A stretch of 63,228 nucleotides of DNA, the filler included. It is 3 parts of 3 records of this genome, joined end to end, with 100 filler letters (N's around TTAATTAATTAA, not from the genome) between each part and the next. Parts side by side here need not be neighbours in the genome. Positions count along the whole stretch, not along the records: positions 52,497 to 63,228 come from SRR22947727_1907; 2 more parts are not named here. One strand, 5' to 3'. The notes beneath the pieces were generated by a model, which saw only the letters and a list, made by a program, of their open reading frames with translations, did no database searches and was not told where the DNA came from. Both the position numbers and the translations under genes were made by a program. Position 1 is the first letter of the stretch. Every line of letters begins with the position of its first letter. Shown here piece after piece: positions 54,924 to 61,737 of this stretch.

Positions 54924-55712
54924 CTAAATACATTTTATCGACAGATGCATAGTTGTGAAGCCTGAGAACACCGCACTCCATCCTTCACCTGGTAAAATTG
55001 GCATTGCATCAGTAAGAGTGCCTGTAGTCACAACATCTCCAGGTTTTAATTCTGGCTCACCGTTGTGATTTTCGATACCTTTTTGCAAATATTTCAATGC
55101 AGAAATGGGTCCATCAAGCACGTTGCTTCCTAGCCCCTCTTCCCTGATTTTATCATTTAGAAATAATTCAACACTAATTGAATTTAATATTTCTTCTAGA
55201 TTTTCAGGAGGGTCATATTTCTGCCCCACGATCAATCGACCATGCAATCCGCCCGAGATGATAGTGTCTTCTAAAGCGAAATCCCAATTTGGATAAACAG
55301 AATCTACTATTTCAAAACCGGGTGCTATCCATGCGACACAATCCACGATGTCACTTATGGATGGGCTTTGAGGGATAGCTCTATTCAGTCCTAATACAAT
55401 TTCAGGCTCTAACCGCGGTTCACAAAATCCTGACAGATTTACCGTCACCTGATTTTCAGACGCATATTCTATCGTTTTATCAGTTATCACGCCCCAAATA
55501 GGTTCATGAACATTATAAATCGGCCAAATGGATCGGTTGGTAAAACCAATCTTACGCCCCAGCACATGACCGCCTCTCATCGTCGCGACTTCTCTGGCAA
55601 CAGCGTATGCCTCTTCCTGGGAAAATCGAATTCCTCGCTTCGAAAAAGGTTCAATCTGCGCTGCAGAGTTTAAAGACCTAAAAATTTCAGAGGCCGCCTT
55701 CTGTATTTTCAT
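54924..55712 (-). CDS. 2-keto-4-pentenoate hydratase-like protein (FAH superfamily)
   Basis: AY.V, GRKIGFTN, PRLEPEI, FEIVDS, NVLDGP, GDVVTTGT. Confidence 0.87.
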   Translation of the reverse strand: MKIQKAASEIFRSLNSAAQIEPFSKRGIRFSQEEAYAVAREVATMRGGHVLGRKIGFTNRSIWPIYNVHEPIWGVITDKTIEYASENQVTVNLSGFCEPRLEPEIVLGLNRAIPQSPSISDIVDCVAWIAPGFEIVDSVYPNWDFALEDTIISGGLHGRLIVGQKYDPPENLEEILNSISVELFLNDKIREEGLGSNVLDGPISALKYLQKGIENHNGEPELKPGDVVTTGTLTDAMPILPGEGWSAVFSGFTTMHLSIKCI

Positions 55713-55809
55713 ATCCACACCTAACGTTGTCTCAAAGAATGGCACAGTTAATTCTAAAGCCCAATCAAGTTTTATTATTACAAGCCAGGATTAACTACTA
55801 AAAAATCAA

Positions 55810-55888
55810 TTGCACAAAACCTGCAAACCTTTTCTTACAATTTGCACAAAACCATCATTCTAGCTGCAAAACATCCAATCATAACATG
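55810..55888 (+). promoter_or_regulatory. phased TGCA direct-repeat operator array, copy 1
   Basis: TGCACA 55811, TGCAAA 55822, TGCACA 55843, TGCAAA 55865; TTGCACAAAACC occurs twice; TAACAT at 55882. Confidence 0.7.
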
Positions 55889-55889
55889 A

Positions 55890-55988
55890 GCGTCAGAAGA
55901 AATCTGACGCAAGTTGGGCCCTTCCTACCGGCCTCATAACTTCCCCTGGCGGCGTAGTTTTAGGTCGCACGCAGTCAGGGGCTTTTTT
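55890..55988 (+). ncRNA. candidate three-hairpin small RNA 1 ending in an intrinsic terminator
   Basis: Stem GCGTCAGA/TCTGACGC; stem AAGTTGGGCC/GGCCT..AACTT with loop CTTCCTACC; stem CCCCTGGC.GCGT/ACGC.GTCAGGGG followed by T6. GC-rich island in AT-rich DNA. Confidence 0.65.
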
Positions 55989-56017
55989 CATCCTGACCTA
56001 GTGATTGGAGACCTATT

Positions 56018-56215
56018 ATGAAGACTATGATTTCAACAGTAGCATTGATTTTGTTGGGTTCAGCAGTTGTTGCAGGCGTGATGCCGGAAGACATTTTGCC
56101 TGAAGTGACTGATATGTCCACGAAGTCGATGCCGATTGAGACAACATCAGAGATCGCGGATGAACCACATCCTTTTATGCACTTCTTAACATATGTATTT
56201 CTGATATTAATTTAG
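56018..56215 (+). CDS. small exported protein (signal peptide, acidic middle, hydrophobic C-tail)
   Basis: GGAG RBS at 56007; MKTMISTVALILLGSAVVA signal; FLTYVFLILI tail. Confidence 0.7.
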   Translation: MKTMISTVALILLGSAVVAGVMPEDILPEVTDMSTKSMPIETTSEIADEPHPFMHFLTYVFLILI

Positions 56216-56343
56216 CGATAAAATCAGGGGCCCTAATGGAATAAAATTCATTTCAATTGGAGCCCCTTTTCATACCCTTGAAATTTTTAACAGCGTTACC
56301 AAATACGGGTTCGTAAAAAGGAAAAACAGACTTGGAGTTTGAA

Positions 56344-56592
56344 ATGTTAAACTTCGACAAAGGCGATGGCCTAATAAAAGAAATCATGAATTCCACAGAC
56401 CCAATAAGTGTGGTTCGGCAGCACGTGCTTAAGAATGGCGGCTTTTGGAATGACACCGATAAAGTAAATAAATCCGCCATTTTTGAAATTCATCTCTATG
56501 GCGTCAGGGGCATTGGCCTGGGAGCAGATGAAGCGTTGAAGAACTGGCTAGTTAGCGCCAGAAACTCTTTGGAAAACTCCAGACAGTGCTAA
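56344..56592 (+). CDS. small hypothetical protein
   Basis: GGAG RBS before ATG 56344; DP...R..VL..GG.W and FEI.L.G..G.G.....W pattern reminiscent of a Rhodobacterales conserved hypothetical family. Confidence 0.65.
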   Translation: MLNFDKGDGLIKEIMNSTDPISVVRQHVLKNGGFWNDTDKVNKSAIFEIHLYGVRGIGLGADEALKNWLVSARNSLENSRQC

Positions 56593-58148
56593 GCTTTTAG
56601 CGATATTGAAAACTTCGCGCCCCCTTGACGTACATTACTTACAGATACTTTGCCGCCATGGGCGTCAACGACCTGCTTCACAATAAACAAACCTAATCCT
56701 GAACTCGCATCCTCTTCTGCGGTGCCTTCACGATGGGTGAAAAATCTTTCAAAAATTTTATCTAGCTGTTCTTCTGGAATTCCTGGCCCTGTGTCTTCCA
56801 CAGACAGAGTAAGATCCTTCATCCAGCGCCTCTTTAAAGAAATTGTAACTGTGCCTCTTGGCCTAGCAAAGCTAATCGCATTCTCGATTAAGTTGATGAC
56901 CACTTGTGCAAAACGATCCGGCAAACCAACAAATTGTATATTTGGTGCAATATCAGACATTATTTTCACGCCCGGAGTAGCTTTGGCTTCACGGAAATGA
57001 TCAACAAGATCATTGAGTAGAACCGACAGGTTGAATTGCTCCCTCTTGGCTGCCACGAGCTCATGATCAACTGTTGCTGCCTCTGATATTTCACTAACAA
57101 GCTTGTTGATCCGAATTGCTTGTTTCTGAATGGTTGTTATAGTGCCCTGCACCTTTTCCTGATCATTCAGATTGCCTTTTATTACTTCGGTATGCGCAAT
57201 AATTGAGGAAACCGGATTTTTGATCTCATGGGAAATATCAGCAGCAAACCGCTCTTTATCCGCAAAGATGCGCGCTAAATTATCATTCAACTTTATGAGG
57301 TTTTTATAGACCAAACCAATTTCATCTTTGCGCTTCTCAAGGCTTTGGATTCGAAAATCCGTAAGGTGCTGCGCCACATCATCAGATGTCAGTTTTTTGT
57401 TTAACCGCCTTGAAAGCCGTCGCAACGGAAACGCCAATGAAAAGGCAAAGACCGAACCGATTAATAAAGTTATGCCCGATAATCCAATCAAAACCCACAG
57501 ACGCGCATTGTTATCTTTTAGATATATCTCACGCAGGTGATACGCATCTTTTAGATCCACAATAGCGATTGTCTTTTTGTCAAACTTAATCGGCATGGCA
57601 TATCGTAATTCATACCCATCCGCATTTGCTTCAATCAGGTGGTACTGCGCAGAAAATCTTGCTCGACGATACATGATAGGATCAGTAAGCAGGTTGAAAT
57701 CCACTAATCTCTTATAAGAATAAAACAAAAGCTCCGCAATTTTCGGTAGCTTAGGTTGCTCTGCCAGTTTTGGCCCTTCTGATATAATTTCAGAAACAAT
57801 AATTTTGCTTTTCCGATAAGGATTGTTAGTTTGAAAAAATGCAAATCCATCATCGTTGACCTCATCAATGAAGAAGGGACGGATTTCTAAAGCATCCGAC
57901 AAAACCGTATCTAGTTGATTGAGCGTATTGGTAATCTCAATCATTTTATCAAAACGGCTCAAATCTGTTCTAAGCAATGTGGGTTTCACGATTTCAGAAA
58001 CTAGAACACCTTGAGAATATAACGCGCTGCGTTTGTTATTAATTTCAGAGTAAGCCGTATCCTCGGTCAAAAAGATAAATGCCCAAAGCGCCGCATTTAT
58101 AACGATCAGGATAATAAATATCTTTACGAAGATACTGCGGAACACCAT
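56589..58148 (-). CDS. sensor histidine kinase, ChvG/ExoS-like paralog
   Basis: Two TMs around a periplasmic domain, HAMP (RKDEIG), FAADISHEIKNP H-box, NLIENAISF, DTGPGI, SGLGL. Confidence 0.92.
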   Translation of the reverse strand: MVFRSIFVKIFIILIVINAALWAFIFLTEDTAYSEINNKRSALYSQGVLVSEIVKPTLLRTDLSRFDKMIEITNTLNQLDTVLSDALEIRPFFIDEVNDDGFAFFQTNNPYRKSKIIVSEIISEGPKLAEQPKLPKIAELLFYSYKRLVDFNLLTDPIMYRRARFSAQYHLIEANADGYELRYAMPIKFDKKTIAIVDLKDAYHLREIYLKDNNARLWVLIGLSGITLLIGSVFAFSLAFPLRRLSRRLNKKLTSDDVAQHLTDFRIQSLEKRKDEIGLVYKNLIKLNDNLARIFADKERFAADISHEIKNPVSSIIAHTEVIKGNLNDQEKVQGTITTIQKQAIRINKLVSEISEAATVDHELVAAKREQFNLSVLLNDLVDHFREAKATPGVKIMSDIAPNIQFVGLPDRFAQVVINLIENAISFARPRGTVTISLKRRWMKDLTLSVEDTGPGIPEEQLDKIFERFFTHREGTAEEDASSGLGLFIVKQVVDAHGGKVSVSNVRQGGAKFSISLKA

Positions 58149-58837
58149 CAGTCGGCTTTCAACTTATAGCCCAAACCATGGACTGTCGCGATTATGGAAC
58201 AGTCTTCATCGCTAGACTTAAGTTTTTGGCGAATATTGCGGACATGGCTGTCTATGGTCCGATCTGTCACATGAATGGCACCTGCATAAGCTGCATCCAT
58301 GAGCTGACTGCGGCTTTTCACCAAACCGGGTCGTTCTGCCAAAGCTGCAAGCAAAAGACATTCTGTAACTGTAAGATCTATCGGAAACTCCCTCCAAGAT
58401 ACCAAATGGCGACTTTGGTCTATGACCAAATCGCCCGCAATAATCTGAGAAGATTTGCCCTTAACCGAGGCATCAACATGGCGACGCAAGACCGCAGCAA
58501 CGCGCGCCAGTAAAAGGTGTTTACTAAAAGGTTTGGTTACATAATCATCAGCGCCAAGCGTAAAACCTATGATTTGGTCTTGTTCTTCATCCTTTGACGA
58601 TAGAAAAATGACAGGTAGGTTGGACTTAATCACTCTGAGTTCTTTTAAGAGATCATAACCACTCATTTCCGGCATTTTAATATCGCAAATTGCCAATGCA
58701 ATTTCGTTTCTTTTCAAGTGGCTTATCGCCTTAAGAGGGGAGCCAAAAGCGTCTATGCGATAACCCTCTGCCTCAAGCATAGATTGCAACGGGTTTAAAA
58801 TTTCCGGTTCGTCATCAACAATCATCAGTCTTTGCAT
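58148..58837 (-). CDS. OmpR-family response regulator, ChvI-like paralog
   Basis: DD, DIKMP, PVIFLSSKDEE, GADDYVTKPFS; ChvI-like LTVTE..LL.ALA.RPG.VKSR.QLMDAAY and DRTIDSH; TGATG overlap with the kinase. Confidence 0.93.
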   Translation of the reverse strand: MQRLMIVDDEPEILNPLQSMLEAEGYRIDAFGSPLKAISHLKRNEIALAICDIKMPEMSGYDLLKELRVIKSNLPVIFLSSKDEEQDQIIGFTLGADDYVTKPFSKHLLLARVAAVLRRHVDASVKGKSSQIIAGDLVIDQSRHLVSWREFPIDLTVTECLLLAALAERPGLVKSRSQLMDAAYAGAIHVTDRTIDSHVRNIRQKLKSSDEDCSIIATVHGLGYKLKAD

Positions 58838-58854
58838 CAAATTAGCTCCATCAC

Positions 58855-58989
58855 TTTGTGCAAAACTGGCACAGACTCATGAGTATCTCAAAGTGAAATA
58901 ACGCTTCTGCACATATTCTGCATAATCAATCACACTAACTGCAAATATCTCTCAAACTGGCTGCACATGTCTCTGCCAAACATTTCACA
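58855..58989 (+). promoter_or_regulatory. phased TGCA direct-repeat operator array, copy 2 (divergent promoter region)
   Basis: TGCACA 58908, TGCATA 58919, TGCAAA 58940, TGCACA 58962 (same spacing as copy 1); AAACAT at 58978; extra TTTGCACAAA on the minus strand at 58855-58864. Confidence 0.7.
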
Positions 58990-59095
58990 ACAGGTCGAGG
59001 CATCGATCTGTCGAGCAGAGCGAGTTGTAGGTTCCTCTCCCTTTACGGCTTCGCTCCTAGCCCTGGTGGTCTCCCCTCCCAACCACCGGGGCTAG
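58990..59095 (+). ncRNA. candidate three-hairpin RNA 2 with anti-SD loops (AbcR/cuckoo-like sRNA or structured leader)
   Basis: ACAGGTCGA-GGCA-TCGATCTGT; GAGCGAGTTGTAGG-TTCCTCTCCC-TTTACGGCTTCGCTC; 14-bp stem CTAGCCCTGGTGGT-CTCCCCTCCCA-ACCACCGGGGCTAG. Confidence 0.72.
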
Positions 59096-59116
59096 TTAAC
59101 CAAGAAAGGAATGAAA

Positions 59117-59200
59117 ATGGAGACACTTCAAATATTCACAGCTGGAGAAATCTTGTTCTTCATTGCAGCCGCAGGTTTGTACATTTGGGGATCCAAATGA
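59117..59200 (+). CDS. 27-aa single-TM small protein (not in the ORF track)
   Basis: AGAAAGGA RBS; METLQIFTAGEILFFIAAAGLYIWGSK; the stop overlaps the next ATG (ATGA). Confidence 0.6.
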   Translation: METLQIFTAGEILFFIAAAGLYIWGSK

Positions 59201-59481
59201 ATAATCTGCCCAAGAAACCTGAAGCCGAGACCAAAGTAGCAGTGAAGTCAAAAAAATATTCAATAAAACAGCATCAGCTTTATCTGATGATTTTTTTGGT
59301 CGTATTTTTCTCCCTAATTGGACTTTCAGCCTTCGCCTCACCAGGCGTTGAATGGAAAGAAGAAGTGGACGATTGGTGGGAGAGCATCTTCAGCCGTCAG
59401 AGCCATCCGCAAAAACTCATTGAAGGAAATAGATTCTATTCTCCTCAGAATGCTTCAATTGAAATTCCACCGCAGAACTAA
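59197..59481 (+). CDS. small membrane/exported hypothetical protein
   Basis: Basic N-terminus, hydrophobic segment ending AFA (possible signal cleavage site); translationally coupled to the upstream small ORF. Confidence 0.6.
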   Translation: MNNLPKKPEAETKVAVKSKKYSIKQHQLYLMIFLVVFFSLIGLSAFASPGVEWKEEVDDWWESIFSRQSHPQKLIEGNRFYSPQNASIEIPPQN

Positions 59482-59526
59482 AATTTTTGCACGTGTTTTC
59501 TAATCTTCAAAAAAAGGAAATCAAAA

Positions 59527-60258
59527 ATGAAACCTATTTTCAAAACTATTTCAGCTGCTTTATTGTTTCTTGCAAGCGCAGTTCAATCCGAAGAAGCCAA
59601 ATTTAAGATTCAGGGTGACACCCTATTTTACAGCACTGAAGACGAAGGAATTACAAAGGATTTTGTAAGTATTTCAGACGCTTTACATTTCCGGACCATA
59701 TTACATGATAATCCTGAAATTCTGCGTATTAACCTCTACTCATATGGCGGGCATGTAGAGGCCGGCTTGGAAATAGCGCGTATCGTCAGTGACTTTGAAA
59801 TAGACACTGAAATTTCAAAAGAATGCTCTAGCGCCTGTGTTCCTATATTTTTAGCAGGACAGAACCGCGTACTTAAAAAAGGAGCATTGATCGGGTTCCA
59901 CCGCCCTAACTGGCAGCAGGATTCGATGGAACGTTACTATGATGCCAAAAAGGAAGACTTCGGCTGGAATACGCCATTTGAATTTTCAAACTGGGTTCAA
60001 AAGGACACGTTCGAAGTCGCAACGCAGCTCTATGATAGATTTTCTCAAGCTGGAGTTGCACCCGAATTCATATCTCAAGCCTTCAAATATGACATTGAGC
60101 AAATGTGGTACCCTTCGCGCACCGAGCTTGTGAATTTTGGTGTGGTAAATCTGGTTGAGCTAGCCGCCATGAGGCCCCCTACCCGTCCAACAAATATTAA
60201 AAAAATCGAAGACGCTTTTCAAGAAGTGCAGATCAGTCAACTCGAAGAAACCGAATGA
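59527..60258 (+). CDS. exported ClpP/crotonase-like fold protein (COG3904-type)
   Basis: Signal peptide; L.S.GG.V..G..IA, C.SAC..IF.AG..R......IGFH motifs; AAGGA RBS. Confidence 0.75.
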   Translation: MKPIFKTISAALLFLASAVQSEEAKFKIQGDTLFYSTEDEGITKDFVSISDALHFRTILHDNPEILRINLYSYGGHVEAGLEIARIVSDFEIDTEISKECSSACVPIFLAGQNRVLKKGALIGFHRPNWQQDSMERYYDAKKEDFGWNTPFEFSNWVQKDTFEVATQLYDRFSQAGVAPEFISQAFKYDIEQMWYPSRTELVNFGVVNLVELAAMRPPTRPTNIKKIEDAFQEVQISQLEETE

Positions 60259-60291
60259 TTGAACATCAAATTTCTTAACAGGATCAAACCT

Positions 60292-60839
60292 ATGAAACTT
60301 TCTCATGGTACTTTTCATTACTCTTTTCGCCCGTTACCGCTGATGAAGGCTCAGTTTCTCCAAGCATATGGGAATTTACGATAGAGCCTAAGCCAATGAT
60401 TTATAAATCTGGCAATGTGACCTATGGGAACCGATTGTTCATGTTGCCGACTGATGATTGCGGCGTGCGAATACATGCCTGGTTCACATCTTACAACAAA
60501 GAGGCTCTCAAAAATCTTGAGGGCCAAGATATAGAAATGGATGTGGTTATCCTTGAAGATGAAAATAACTATCCACTGATGAATGAAGCCTATCTTGAGT
60601 ATGTTCTTGATCCCAGCTTTGGCGACTTAGATCTTCTGTTCTCAATTGCTTCTTTTCGATTAGGAAACCTTAACAGCGCCGAGACTTTGCTTAATTGGGA
60701 AGATATGGGCGCAACTGGTTTCCAGATGACAGCCCCTTCTGACGAAGTATTTGACGTACCTGTAGAAAGTTGGGACTTTTCAGGCTTTAGGCCGGCCGTG
60801 CAGGAATTGCTGACTTGGTGCAAAAGCAACCAAGCGTAA
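60292..60839 (+). pseudogene. exported hypothetical protein with an apparent 5' frameshift (intact ORF part 60396-60839)
   Basis: AGGA RBS and ATG at 60292 are out of frame by 1 nt with the open frame that encodes ...SLLFSPVTADEG... into 60396. Confidence 0.5.
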
Positions 60840-60878
60840 ATCATCCATTATCCAAATCAAACTACTCTGGAGGTTTTC

Positions 60879-61541
60879 TTGAAACGAAAGCTCATACTGC
60901 TTTTTGCGAGCATTTTTACCTTTTGCGCCATAATATTCTTCTTCGTTCGTGATGAAGTTCGAGACTTTATCATTGAGCAGCAACTTGAAACTCAAAGAGA
61001 CGCTGAAAATGCAGGGCTGACTTGCGTACAAAAACTTGAAAAGAAAGGCGTGGAGTTTGTAGCGTTACAGAAATTTGGAAAGCCTAAATGCACAGTCAAA
61101 GAACCGGTTCGAATTGAAAATTACCCCACAACCAAACTTTCTGGTCCGGTTACATTAAATTGTACGACAGCACTCAACCTTGCAAATTGGCTAGATGAAA
61201 TCGGCGCTAATGAAGTTGAACATTTTGGATCTTATAATTGTCGCACCATTCGAGGCAGCTCGATTATGAGTCAGCATAGCTATGGATCGGCCATTGATAT
61301 CGCCAGTATTAACGGAGCCTCTGTTTTATTTGATTGGGCAAATACGGCTGAAAAGTCGGAGTTTCTCAAAAATGCCGGAAAAACAGCCTGCAACCATTTT
61401 TCAAATGTCCTCACGCCGGATTACAATCTGGCGCATAAAGATCACTTTCATCTTGATGACGGGTATTTCTCAGCATGTAAAAAACCAACTGATACTAAAT
61501 TAACAGCGGCAATGAAGAGATTAGTACGGCATATATTTTAG
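60879..61541 (+). CDS. extensin-like C-terminal domain protein (M15/DD-peptidase-like fold), membrane-anchored
   Basis: GGAGG RBS with TTG start; HFGSYNCR, SQHSYG.AID, VL.PDYN.AH.DHFHLD. Confidence 0.85.
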   Translation: MKRKLILLFASIFTFCAIIFFFVRDEVRDFIIEQQLETQRDAENAGLTCVQKLEKKGVEFVALQKFGKPKCTVKEPVRIENYPTTKLSGPVTLNCTTALNLANWLDEIGANEVEHFGSYNCRTIRGSSIMSQHSYGSAIDIASINGASVLFDWANTAEKSEFLKNAGKTACNHFSNVLTPDYNLAHKDHFHLDDGYFSACKKPTDTKLTAAMKRLVRHIF

Positions 61542-61737
61542 GATAAAACTTCATTTAACTTCTGCACCTATTTCCCACATCGTACTTGTCTAAATTTTGC
61601 ATCATTCCGATGGACCAAACGCAAACCATGCAATAACAAGCAGAGAGGCCAAATGTATAGCGCCTGTCTTAGACACTTTTAATCTCTACACGCGAACTTG
61701 ACTAATAAAAACTCAAAGCACGGTATCTAAATAATGA

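Noticed and set aside
61555-61640. Third TGCA array upstream of the MFS gene
   Set aside because: TGCA-like words are present but do not reproduce the +11/+21/+22 spacing, and no structured RNA follows.
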